From: Eledone cirrhosa
Lineage: Eukaryota
Reading direction: 5' to 3'
Assembly: GCA_964016885.1 (NCBI GenBank)
Contig: OZ024744.1
Coordinates: forward strand, 76,942,001 to 77,006,000
DNA length: 64,000 nucleotides
Shown: positions 52,256-64,000 of the stretch, piece by piece
How the letters are laid out: each line of letters begins with the position of its first letter
How positions within the stretch are numbered: position 1 is the stretch's first letter
The notes under the pieces: model-generated
The model's database searches: none
The model's input: only the letters and a program-made list of their open reading frames with translations
Told to the model about the DNA's origin: nothing
Made by a program: the position numbers and the translations under genes

Positions 52256-53399
52256 CACACAGCAGTAGGGCTCAAATATACATATATAGATACATGCATA
52301 CATACATACATGATGGCTGCAACTAGATTTCGAGTAATACCATGGCTTGATACTTAAGTATTAGCATCACAGACGTGGCTTTTTAGTCCTGCGAGGAACT
52401 TGCCTATGGCCAGCAATGCCATTCATCGCCAAAAAAATGTCTGTGCTTGACTCTTTTTTAAGTGAGGAAAGGCTTTGCACGGGGCCAATCTTACTCTCTG
52501 AATATGGAATAAATTTACCCCAAAAGTATCACTGGTTTATATCATTGGATACAAACAAAATCGCAGGAATTATATCAGAGTAACCTTCTCCTAGAAAGAT
52601 GTCTTAATGAAGACTAGGAGTCTCTCGCTCCGCAAAAAAAAAAACACTATTGGATGGCCGTTGAATCTCCTGATTTCTCCGGCCCTTTGACTTATATACA
52701 TACAACTCTTGGCGCGAGCAGTTACACATATAGCGTGAGGAACTGTCCGTTGAATTTAAAACGAATACTATAAAACAATAAAGCCACTATTACCAGTATT
52801 GTTACATAAATGGAAAGTCTTCTGATCACATACATTTTTTTAAAAGAAAATATCAACTTTTAATCCATTGTTATTTTGTTATTTGAACTCAAAATGTAAA
52901 GGGTCATACAGTTATGGCCTTTTGCGTTCTGAGTTCAAATCCCGCCGTGGTTAGCTTTGCTATTCATCCTTACGGGGTCAATAAAATAAAATACCAGTTA
53001 CGCACTGGGGTCGATTTAATCGACTTCCCCCTCACCCCAAAATTGTTGGTCTTGTGCCTAAATCTGAAACCGTTATTTGTTAAGAGAAGACCGCCTTCTG
53101 TCACAAATGACCATGGGATTTGCACCTAGAAAGTTTCCTCCGTGGCACAATGCAAGGTTGTTTGTGGAAGACCAGGAGTCGTCCATACATACCACTCTCT
53201 CCTCTCCCCACACCACTGATGTTGTCCAAGGGAAAGGCAATGGCCGATACAGCTTGGCACCAGTGACGTTGCAACTCATTTCTACAACTGAGTAAACTGG
53301 AGCAATGTGAAATAAAGTGTCTTGCTCAAGGACACAATGCATCACCCGGTCCGAGAATCGAACTCACAACCTTTCGATTGCAAGCCCAATGCTCTAACC

Positions 53400-54055
53400 C
53401 AGTGTTTCCTAACGTGGGCGCTAGTACCCCCTTGTAGTCGCTGTTGTGTTGAAAAGGGGGTGCTGGGAGTTTTTTTTTCATGGGGGGGGGGGCATTTATC
53501 CGGGGGTTTTTCTTTCAAATTTTCAAAAATTTTAAAAACGCTTTTTCCACTTTGGCGACACCAAACGAATTCCTGCCACCACTGGTGTCGCTAAAGTGAA
53601 GCCTCCAAAACAAAAATAAAAAACAGATGAATGGTGACAGACAACTAAAATAATAATTTAAAAAAAAACAATGAATAAAAGCGAAAATCTGAATATGTGT
53701 ATTTGTGTGCAAATATATAAAGAATGGTGGTCAGAATTTTGTATGAAACTGGCTTTTGGGAGTGGCTGATATGTATGTGTTTGTGTATGTGTGTGTATGT
53801 ATGGGTATGTTTGTATGTATATGATTGCGTGTATGTGAGTATTGCTGTTTTGAATTCATTTCTGCGATTGAACTTAAATTGACCCCTGGTGATTAAAGGC
53901 CCAACCACACACACACACACATACACACACACACAAACATACACTTGTTTTAGGTTTCGTACCCATTTAATGTAAGATGAATTCAGTATCTTATTTGAAA
54001 TTTAATTTGACAGCCTCAAAAGGGGCACTGGCTGAAAAAAGATTGGGAAACCCTG
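53400..54055. mobile_element. hAT-type non-autonomous DNA transposon inserted into SINE family 2
   Basis: TIRs CAGTGTTTCCTAA / TTGGGAAACCCTG and a perfect 8-bp TSD CTCTAACC (53392-53399, 54056-54063). The SINE head resumes after it. Confidence 0.85.
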
Positions 54056-54189
54056 CTCTAACCCCTAACCCATGCCCTTCCACTATTTACAAGTGGGAAT
54101 TTTGAAATCATAGGGTAAATGTTTCGTAGTATTATTTGGAGTCTAACTAAAATATTCATATGAAAAATTAGCGTCTCTGAAACATATAC

Positions 54190-54450
54190 ATATATATGCA
54201 CCAGCTCCGATCACAAAGGAACCAAACTCCCACTGTCACTGCCTCCGTCTCTCCCTCTCTCCCCATCTCTCACTATTATGAGCAATTGGGGACCACAGAA
54301 CAGAGAAGACGAATTCTCGGAAGATGGTAAGGGATACGTGCTGGCAGAGCCATTTCAGCTCGTGAGGCTGACACCTACGTGTAACTAACTATGTACCGAT
54401 GGTGATGAGTAGGGGGGTGTCCCTAGGGCCAAGGACACCGGTAGTCTCCA
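54190..54450 (-). mobile_element. Degenerate CRE-type LINE 3' fragment
   Basis: Homologous to 3500-3770 and 55650-55940. Confidence 0.65.
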
Positions 54451-54611
54451 AGAAACCTTTTACTCAAGATCTTGAGAATTGGAATCAAAGGATTTGTTAC
54501 AAAGAACATCGTTGGTCATGACAAGATCGAACACACTGATGGTTTACCGAAGGAAGTCATCCTTGAGAAAGGTAATCACTATTTTTAAGTATCGTTATAG
54601 ATAAAAAAAAA

Positions 54612-55035
54612 GAACGAAATCGGAATTCCTGTGAAGGGTCTTTGGGGTAACGTTACTCGATAAAGTGCGTAGCTCGGAGACCAGAGAGTCACTTCATGTA
54701 GATCCGCTACTTCTCCAAATTGAGAGATCACAGCTCCGATACGATGGGCATGTGGTTAGAAGGTCTCAGAAAAGAATCACTGGATAGATTGTTCGAGCAA
54801 AACCAACCGACAGGAGACCAAGGGGTCCTGAGCAAGATGGTTGAATAACATGAGCTTGGCTGGTCTTGCTTGGGGATAAAGCCGGATCAGTTAGAGATAG
54901 TTGCTTCTGACAGGACCTGCTGGAGGGAGTGTTTGACGACTCTGCCTCCACGACCCTCTCAGGAATAAGTGGGCGAAGAAGACAACTATTAAACGCATTT
55001 TCTGTGACTGTGAACTCAGTGATGACTTGATTCAT
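54612..55035 (+). mobile_element. RTE-type LINE 3' fragment
   Basis: GVTLLDKVRSSETRESLHVDPLLLQIERSQLRYDGHVVR..RRPRG. Confidence 0.7.
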
Positions 55036-55478
55036 TGCTATAAAATGGCAAAAAATAACGCCCCCACCTCTTTTTTTCTATATGAATAGAATGAGTATAT
55101 AGTGAAACAAACAACACCCGGAGTTAAATTATTTTACGACAAAACAATCACGACAACAAACGTCATTTCTTGAATGCAAGAGAACGGTTGATGGGTGTAA
55201 CTTAATTCCAAAAAATGACGAATGTAATTTTATTCTCCAAATGTGTAAACACTGCACAAATAAACCCACGTGGACATTATCTTAGAACAGATGTGGCTTC
55301 GTTAACGTTGAAACCACGTGTCACAACAAAGTAAGTGTATGAATGCTACTACGTCATTTCGTAATCAAACTGATGGTCCCCAGCATCCTGTTAGTGACTG
55401 CAACAACAATGATGATAATAAATATACTAAGAGCTGAAAGTGTGAGAAGTATAAACAATTGAAACATTAGAGGCTCTC

Positions 55479-55945
55479 GACTGCAAACCTGTCGGAGAGC
55501 CACCGATACTTAGAGAGTTTACCCTCCTCAGCCCGGCAACCTGGTACAGCCTGCGACTAAACCAGGCTCTGCCACACTTCGGGCTGAGGAGGGTAAACTC
55601 TCCACGTATCGGTCGCTCTCCGACAGGTTTGAAGTCGAGCCCCTAGCAGTGGAGACTTCTGGTGTCCTTGACCCTAGGGCTACCTCCCTATTTACCACCA
55701 TAGGCGCTGAGCTGGCTACCCGCAGGTGTGAGCCTCGCGAGATGGAATGGCTCTTCCAGCGCGTCTCCATCACCATCCTCCGAGGAAACACCTTCTCTAT
55801 TCTGTCCGCCGGAGCCGTGGGGCGGCCAACGCTTGGGACTCCATTTGCTCATAATAGAGAGAGATGGGGCGGGCGAGAGAGATGGGGGTGACGACAGTGG
55901 GAGTTCGGCTCCTCTGTTTCGGACTTGGTGTACATGTGTGTGTGC
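55479..55945 (+). mobile_element. CRE-type LINE 3' fragment with 5' fold-back duplication
   Basis: PLAVETSGVLDPRATS..WLFQRVSITILRGN. 55479-55535 is the reverse complement of 55580-55637. Confidence 0.75.
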
Positions 55946-56389
55946 GTATGTTTACTGTCTTACCACACAAACGAAACTCCTTATTGAAATGTTTCATGAA
56001 AAAGATTATTTTTGTCGGCCATGTATTTGTTGTGAAGGTGCATGGCTGAGTCGTTTGAGAATTGGATTAACAATTACGATATTGTGATTTCAAATCCTAG
56101 ACAGGGCGATGCGTTATGTCCTTGAGCAAGACACCTTATTTCACGTTGCTCCTTCTGCCAGGAGTTGCGGCCGACAGATAGTATTAGCAATTGGAAAGAC
56201 CAAACATCGTTTCCTTAATCAGATTTGACGAGCTCCACCCCACTCGTTAAGCAAAAATGAGGTCTGGGATCTTGCCGTTCGCTTGTCGATGTATTTGTTT
56301 TGCAAGGTTTTTTATATGAAATCATGTGTTGAAACAGATATTATGTATAAAACATTAATTGGAATGGTTTGAAGCAATGAGTGTGTATG

Positions 56390-56579
56390 AATATTCGTAA
56401 AATTTGAGTGTTCTCAACGCGGAAGGTAGCTGTTACAAGCTGTATGCTATTTGCATAGCCATTTTTAATTGGGGGGGGGTATATATCCCACCCTCCAAAA
56501 ATGATTTACCATGCAAATAGTATACAGCTGGTAACGGCTACCTTCCGTGCAGGGACCTACTCGAATTTTACGAATATTC
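56390..56579. mobile_element. Fold-back MITE-like element
   Basis: About 70-bp imperfect TIRs GAATATTCGTAAAATT.. / ..AATTTTACGAATATTC, nested within the 56290-56820 repeat. Confidence 0.6.
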
Positions 56580-56832
56580 AGATATTGTTATATTTGGGGA
56601 AGGTCAGATGTCACAGTTATGTGCGATGAAAGAACTCTGAGAAACTTTATTTATATTTATATTTTTAACTGTTGGTCAATCAATGATAAACATTGATTGA
56701 CAGCAAAATTATTTATAGAAATATAAAGATATACTGAAGCGAAAACCCAAACAAATAGTGAGTGTCTTTTACTATATTATTCTGGCAATACTAGAACATG
56801 ATCCTCCCCAAATATAACATTATTTTTTACAA

Positions 56833-57022
56833 GGGCGGTGGATTGGCAATATCGGTAGAGGGTCGGATGCCATGCTTTGACGTATAGAGTTACGCCCCTT
56901 GTCATTCTGAGTTCAAATCTCGCTGAGGTTAACTTTGCCTTTCATCCTTAAGGGGTCGATAAAATAAAGTACCAGTAATGCACTGGGTAATTGCTGGCCT
57001 TGTGTCAAAAGTAGAAACAATT
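56833..57022 (+). mobile_element. Full-length SINE family 1 copy
   Basis: A/B boxes, core and tail all present. Confidence 0.85.
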
Positions 57023-58214
57023 ATTTTTTATTGCAAATTTCTGTTGACACAGATATGTTCACGATATGTTTGCTGTATCAATAATCATATCAACATTTGA
57101 GCTCCTCGATTTTAGCCTAGATAAGATTCGGGTTAGGTTATCGTAAAAAAAATCGAAAACTATTAACCGACACCAGAAATTTGCAAATCAACGGGCAAAA
57201 CCAATCGCCAAAGACCCAGGGGTAGATCCCGAGCATGAGGGTTGGATAACATCCTTCAGCTAGGCTGGTCTCGCTTGGAGATCCAGCTGGAGCAATTGGA
57301 GACGGTTGCTTCTGATAGAATCTGCTGGAAGTATTTGAGCACTCTGAATAAGAATAAGAATAAGAATAATAATAATAATAAGAAGAAGAAGAAGAAGAAG
57401 TAGAAGAAGAAGTAGAAGAAGAAGAAGAAGAAGTAGAAGAAGAAGAAGAAGAAGAAGAAGAAGAAGAAATTTGATCAACTCTTCCTAAAAAGAAAACTAT
57501 AAAATATAGTAAAATAAACATTGTATTTCTGCTTGCATATTTAGAAAATAAACGCTTATAATCAGTCCAAACAAACTTTGAATAATGCGTCATATCACTG
57601 TTTTAGGGGGGAAAGTAAAGCTCACCCTCCTCGTGAATCTTCTCCTGTAGTTGGTCGTGTCTAAATGGGATATATCCGTGAGAGCCCTATCCGCCTAATC
57701 TTTGGACAGAACTTATCGGTATATACCCGGAACTTACGCGGCAAATTACGTTCGTTCGACACCACGGTAAAAAAAAAAAAAGAAAATAGGCACACCAACG
57801 TGACATCACTCGCCCTTATCCTTCCAGCAAGCCCCCCCCCTCCCCCTCCACACACACACGCACACACGCACACACACACTCAGTCTCATAACATCACTCG
57901 CCCTTAAACTTCCAGCAAGGGTGGTGCCCCAGAATGGCTGGAACAAGTAAAAAAAAAAAAAAAAGAGTAAAGCCCCAATCCTGCCCCCTCCCAATGACGT
58001 TACTGATCCTTAGACTTCTCTTTGACAACATCTACTAACCACAAAGCGTCGCGATGTATCCATTGGACAATTCTGTATATATGAGCCAAATAACACAATT
58101 GTTTCTACTTTTAGCACAAGGCCAGCAATTACCCCAGTGTATTACTGGTACTTTATTTTATCGATCTCGTAAGGATGAAAGACAAAGTTAACCTCGGCGG
58201 GATTTGAACTCTTT

Positions 58215-58710
58215 GCTGCAAAGATAACATAATGTGAGTTGGAAAGGTGCTCTACGGAAGGTATTCCGTTGTATATCTTTGTTTATCATTGATGGATAAA
58301 AAAGGATTTACAACCAAAGACCAAAGAAGTTACCCAACTCTTCTGTAACTGGTCGTTATACGAAGAGCTGTATGAATATCAGCCGAAGGTCATGCATATC
58401 CGTGTTGCTAAAAAAAAAACTTTAAAGTGATAAACAGAGTTACCTAACTTGGACCAACAATCAGAATATAAGCTCATATTTTGAAAGATATGCTTTTGCT
58501 ATACTGGAACAAGAAATAACTATGAAATACCTGATAGATATGTAGATATAACACATAGATGCGTCAACCGACACTTCAGACTGATGAAATAACACTAATG
58601 ATGTTATCCACCTCGTACGAAAGTGCCGAAAGCGACATCACACGACGGCATTATCTCCCCATCATTCATTATATCGTGGCCAAAACATTGAACAATGCAA
58701 TTCATAGATT
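58215..58710 (+). mobile_element. Old R4/Dong-type LINE fragment
   Basis: YQPKVMH..LTWTNNQNISSYFERYAFAILEQEITMKYL..IVAKTLNNAI, homologous to 29260-29610. Confidence 0.7.
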
Positions 58711-58719
58711 CTACATAAT

Positions 58720-59739
58720 ACGGTTACATTCTAAGCCTTCCGCTTTAGGGACTCCTTCAACTGCACCTCCACCAGCCTTGACCATGGGTTCCGTTGTACC
58801 CTATGCGGAACCATCTACCTTGGTTAGACTGGCCGTCGTCTGGCCGACAGATTTTCTGAACACCTTCGGGACATCCGGGTTGGCAACCCGATACCGATCT
58901 CCTGACATTTTCTATCCACCGGCCACTCCACGCGCCACCTCAGTGTCTTTGGGTTCACACAATGTGCCGGACCTGCTGACTCACGCTGGCGGAGAGAACA
59001 GAAACTTATTTTCCCCTTTCGAACTTCTCATCCCACTAACCTTAATGCCGCACCCATCTTCCTATAATCTGCCATATATTTTCTAACACACAGTAAGCAT
59101 ACTTCCTTTATCCTATGACACATACTCGTCAATACATACACTCTTACATACAAATCACAGTTAGATACTTTACACTTACACATTATAAACTTCAACATAC
59201 ACACGTTAAAATGTAATCATTCACTCACACATACAAATCCACTCTTCTCACGGGCATGCGCTAACTCTGCCAGACAAAATAACTTCACAAAATAACTTCA
59301 ACTTACACATACAGTAATACAGTATACACATTCAAACTTACATTCACTCACACATACAAGTCCACTACCACATACCACATGGATATACATATACACTCAC
59401 TTTCTTTTTTAGTTTACATATTTTTACCTTTAAAATCACACACGTTTAAACATACACTTACACTCACACATAAAACGACAATAATACACACACACACTCC
59501 ACTTTGCGTTCCAACTCGTTACCAAGAGTACCTAACGGTTCTCTTGTTTTCACTCTTCATTTTTTATTTTTTTTTATTTACATGAACCTCCTTTATTTCT
59601 GTTTCTCCATTGTGATCCTGTCTCTACTTTGCACTCCTGAAGAAGGGTTTAAACCCGACACGTCGAACTTTCTTTCCTCTTTTCCATATAAAGCGTGAAA
59701 CTAATAAGAGTTTTTGTACCTCTGTTTGTTGTATCCTTG

Positions 59740-59740
<1 letters not shown>
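58720..59740 (+). mobile_element. Penelope-like element 3' fragment (GIY-YIG pseudogene 58741-59067, 3' UTR, HHR-like motif 59635-59666)
   Basis: RFRDSFNCTSTSL..CTLCGTIYLG*TGRRLADRFSEHLRDI..HF..REQKLIF..LN, in a frame missed by the ORF track because of stops. The motif reads CTGAAGA-A-GGGT-TTAA-ACCC-GACACGTC. Confidence 0.8.
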
Positions 59741-59783
<43 letters not shown>

Positions 59784-60215
59784 GATATTAAATAAATGGA
59801 AACTATATTTATAAAACCATATTTATTTCATTATATATATTTCAGGGATATCATATTAACAATATGTTATGCCTTCCTCAGACAAAATACAATATAGACA
59901 GTTTTATAGATAAATAGATTTGACATACCGTTCAACATCGACTTGTATTTGAAAAAGTTGATTTGGCAGTGAAAAATTGTAAACAGAAAGAAAGAAAGAG
60001 AGAAAGAAGGGAAGAAAGAAAGAAAACGGAGAAAAAGAAGAAAAAGAAGAAATGCATGCAACAAAATAGAGAGATGGAAAGATAGATAAAGAGAAGAACT
60101 TCATGTAAAGAAACAGAGAGAGATATATAGAGAGAGAGGAAATAGATAGAGATAGATATATATAGAGAAAAGTAGGTAGTTGAACATCCGTTGAATGAAC
60201 GTATCAATGATACAT

Positions 60216-60246
<31 letters not shown>

Positions 60247-60422
60247 GCTCTAGTATTAATGTAAGGGAGATATATGTGGTTAGGAAAGAAACCAGCCGTT
60301 ATATAGAGAGAAAAATGAAAAGTAACCAGACATAGGCGAGGCAGAATTTAAAAACCCTATGTTTTAATGTAGAAATATTAGTTCGTATAAAAACCAGGCA
60401 CTATAATGTAAATATCAGTATT

Positions 60423-60478
<56 letters not shown>

Positions 60479-61187
60479 GGGATTTTGGATGGTTGTGTTT
60501 GTGGTAGTTGATTATGTTTTCGTGTTGATTCGTTTGTTGTGTGCGTGCTCACTTTTAGTTTGTTGTGTGCGTGCTCACTTTTAGTTTGTTGTGTCGTGTG
60601 GTCACTGTTGTGTGATACGATGTGACCAGAGGCTGTATGTGTGCAGGTAAGTGAGTAAGTGTTCAATAAGATGAAGATGATATGATAGTTCCTTGATCAC
60701 GCAGAAAATGAATATATATAAATGAACCACGATGACACCAAACCTCTATATTATTAATTTATTGAAAATAGCTCACACCGGAGCTATACGAAAAATACAC
60801 AGGAATTATGTACGTTATTTGTTTGTTGTAAAAGTAGAATTAAATTGTATTTACCAAGAAAACTTCTTGAACTTCACTGACTTGAGCAAGAGAGAGAGAG
60901 AGAGACCAAGAGATAGAGACTGAGTGAAAGAGAGAAAGTAAGAGTCTGTAAGACCCCCAAGGGATCTGTAGAAAGCAATAGTCTATATCAAGAACCGCTT
61001 CAATCTGCCGCCGGCTTGATCTAAGACAGGCTATTTATCTCTGTCGCTTTCTCTGTCCCCAAGCCTTGAGAACAAAGGGGTGACCTCTAGAGATCATCCA
61101 CCCTCAGACTTGTTGACGACCGAAAGGAGATAACCCCCAAATTGACCGTTAAATGTCACCCAGGAATCAAGTTGTGGCCAGATTTCG

Positions 61188-61293
<106 letters not shown>

Positions 61294-61297
61294 TTAT

Positions 61298-62295
61298 TTC
61301 GGACAAAAGCTCGTTGAGGAAGTAAATTCCCGTCCGCTGGCTTCTAGAAGTCTTATATATTTTTATGTGAGCTGATAGAGGACAGTTTAAGGATTTACAG
61401 AAACCCAAGAAGCTAGATTTACCATCTTTCTAGTGGGTCCGGGTATGCTTTTTACATTCATTTGATTTATTGATTTATTGATATTCTATCTGAGTGTCCC
61501 GAATCTTCCAGATCGCAATTTTTCGGTCGTATGGTTGATTATAGACATGTTCTATGTGTGACGGTATTTTAACGATAGTTATAGCTCTGATTTATCTGAA
61601 TTATTGAGCCCTCTGCCGCTCATTTCGAATTTTGTTTATCGTGAACTCGTGCGCCGATTTTTCGATACTCGATTATTCTACTATATTTAGCTCTAGACCT
61701 AGCTATTGACCAGTTAATTTTATTGTTCATTTTTGTCGATTCTATTAAATGATGAATAGCTCCTGTTTATTTTAACATGTCTATTGAGCACTGTTATTCG
61801 ATATGTGTATTTCCACATTTTCCCGAATATTTTTTGCGGATATAGAGGTTATCTCCCTTGCTGAATTCCATGTGCGTTTTTTCAACCTGGGTTATGCCCT
61901 TCATTCGTTCGGACAAAAGCTCGTTGAGGAAGTAAATTCCCGTCCGCTGGCTTCTAGAAGTCTTATATATTTTTATGTGAGCTGATAGCGGGCAGTTTAA
62001 GGATTTACAGAAACCCAAGAAGCTAGATTTACCATCTTTCTAGCGGGTCCGGGTATGCTTTTTACATTCATTTGATTTATTGATTTATTGATATTCTATC
62101 TGAGTGTCCCGAATCTTCCAGATCGCAATTTTTCGGTCGTATGGTTGATTATAGACATGTTCTATGTGTGACGGTATTTTAACGATAGTTATAGCTCTGA
62201 TTTATCTGAATTATTGAGCCCTCTGCCGCTCATTTCGAATTTTGTTTATCGTGAACTCGTACGCCGATTTTTCGATACTCGATTATTCTACTATA
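61298..62295. repeat. Partial tandem (about 1.6 copies) of a 610-bp non-coding unit
   Basis: TTCGGACAAAAGCTCG occurs at 61298 and 61908 with near-identical sequence, between (CA)n and (TA)n. Confidence 0.9.
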
Positions 62296-62763
62296 TATAT
62301 ATATATAAATGAAAAATGGCGAGCTGTGTTGTTGCAAATATGATTCCTCTTTCTCTCTCCCCCTTCTCTCTCCTTCTCCCTCTTACTTTCACTCACCCCC
62401 TCTGCTAGTCACCCTCACTCGGCTATCCTGTTCCTCACACTTTCACTCACTCACTCTCTGCTACTCACTCTTTCTCTCACTTCCTCCATCGTCCCACACC
62501 GTACGAAATTCTTTCCTCGCTCACATTCGCACGGCCAAGATATGTCTTTTGCCTTCTCGTCAATATTTGCACGTTCTTATGTTCAAAATGAATTATAAAC
62601 ACATTCGTGTTTATTTACCTGTCTCTCTTTCTCCACCCAACTCTTTTTATCCCAATAACTTAATTTAGTTATTGCATTGCCCTAGCCGGAGGTATATGGT
62701 CTGTAATGCGAAGAAATACCTATGATGGTTAGCAGACCACTGATGACGGATAGTCCTGGCTCT

Positions 62764-62820
<57 letters not shown>

Positions 62821-62828
<8 letters not shown>

Positions 62829-63413
62829 GAATATAAAAGAGAGAAAACATACGTGTTCAAATCGTAAGGGACCAAGTTCTTTAGGGTAAAAAAATACTAA
62901 CTATTAACAATATGGTTTGCCAGACTCAATTTAAAATATTAAATTAAGAAAAAGAATACAAACCTATATTGGGCAACTGCCTGAACACCCAAACAGCTTA
63001 TGGTAGGCTATTTCGCAATTTTCGCAAAGGAAATTATTAATACTTTGCTCATCAGTGGCTGTAAAATTAGTAATCCCTTCACTTCTAAGTATCTCAGAAG
63101 ACTGAATAGTAGGCGAATATAAAATAACGCACATGGCATCAGAACCTAGCGTGTCTCATAAACGCATACTACTAAAAATAGCAGCCAAGTTTACACGACA
63201 TTTAAATTAGCTCGACAAAAATTGAAGGAGCCGACTATATCAAAGGTATATATTGAGTTAGAAACTCAAAATAGTCTCTTATAATTAAATAGCTCAAAGA
63301 AAGAGGTTTTTCTGAGCCGTGTAATATAATTGAATATAAAAGCGAGATAAACACAGATATAAACATACATGTGTTCAAATCGTAAGGGACCAAGTTCGCT
63401 AGGGTGAAAATAA
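62821..63413 (-). mobile_element. 503-bp unit with terminal redundancy and degenerate HHR (62994-63061)
   Basis: ATATAATTGAATATAAAAG..GTTCAAATCGTAAGGGACCAAG occurs at 62821 and 63324. The motif reads CAGCCA-CTGATGA-GCAA..TTGC-GAAA-T..A-TA-AGCTG. Confidence 0.55.
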
Positions 63414-64000
63414 TCTATATATCTAAAACAGAGAATGTCTGTCTGTCTCCCTAAACTCGAGAACCACCCAACCGATTTTTTTCAAGCTTTACACATGTAA
63501 TAGTTATGGTCGTGTGAGTGTTTTGAGCAAAAAATATTTCGAATTTTCAATGCCCTAGGAACCGCATTAGGCGAAAAACCGCATATTTTAGGCTTTAAAG
63601 GCTTTCTAGAGATATAATGGAACAATAATCCAGGTGATTTCTTCAGAATTTGCATTACTTATGTCGTTTAAAGTGTTTTGAGCAAAATAGATTTTCTCAT
63701 TGTTTGCAATTAGGTGGAAAACCGATTTTCTGAAGCATTTTGGTTGCGTTAGGGCCTGTAACTCGAGAAGTACCCAACCGATTTTTTTTTAAACTTTGCA
63801 TATGCATCACTTATGTTTCACAAATTTTCTTGACTGAAAAAGATTTCAAATTTTTACCGGGTGACCGAATTGTTTAGCATTTTGGTTGCGTTAGGGCCTG
63901 TAACCTTAAAAGTATCCAACTAAATTCATTCATGCTCTCCACCACTGCAGTCCCACGTGCTTACATCTCTGTAACTATTGCTTTCATTGTAGCATAGCAC
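63414..64000 (+). mobile_element. 5' part of a Helitron-like element with internal repeats
   Basis: A|TCTATATATCTAAAA start, (GTCT)n, and repeated AACTCGAGAA..CCCAACCGATTTT. Runs off the window. Confidence 0.55.

Noticed and set aside
54469-54571. Possible host exon (ILRIGIKGFVTKNIVGHDKIEHTDGLPKEVILEK, AG..GTAATC)
   Set aside because: Weak AAG acceptor, no recognised homology, and sandwiched between LINE fragments. RNA-seq would be needed.
58559-59086. 175-aa ORF from the track
   Set aside because: Off-frame read across an R4 fragment and the PLE GIY-YIG pseudogene. The meaningful frame contains stops.
59944-59985. TTGAAAA..GAAA..GTA hammerhead-like string
   Set aside because: Helices II and III do not pair in this copy, so it could be chance in AT-rich DNA.

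Overview
AT-rich, microsatellite-dense eukaryotic non-genic DNA. The SINE and LINE repertoire looks like an octopod cephalopod, which is an inference from recalled SINE sequence and not a database hit. I found no host gene, rRNA, true tRNA or CRISPR array, and most ORF-track entries are translated microsatellites. The window is a mosaic of decayed retroelements: Tx1/L1-type, R4/Dong-type, RTE, CRE-type and Penelope-like (PLE) GIY-YIG elements, plus two tRNA-derived SINE families, hAT, piggyBac and mariner-like MITEs, Helitrons and minisatellites. The main signal not explained by the ORF track is a dense set of type I hammerhead ribozyme (HHR) motifs, about 20 instances from at least 10 unrelated sequence contexts. 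Some lie at the 3' ends of PLE remnants. Others lie in small non-coding units of about 420-510 bp present as partial tandems or inverted pairs inside (TA)n tracts, resembling PLE-mobilised retrozymes. Several carry the U3-A8 compensatory core (UUGANAA), long helix-II insertions or palindromic helix-III loops. All folds were derived by eye, and cleavage activity is untested.
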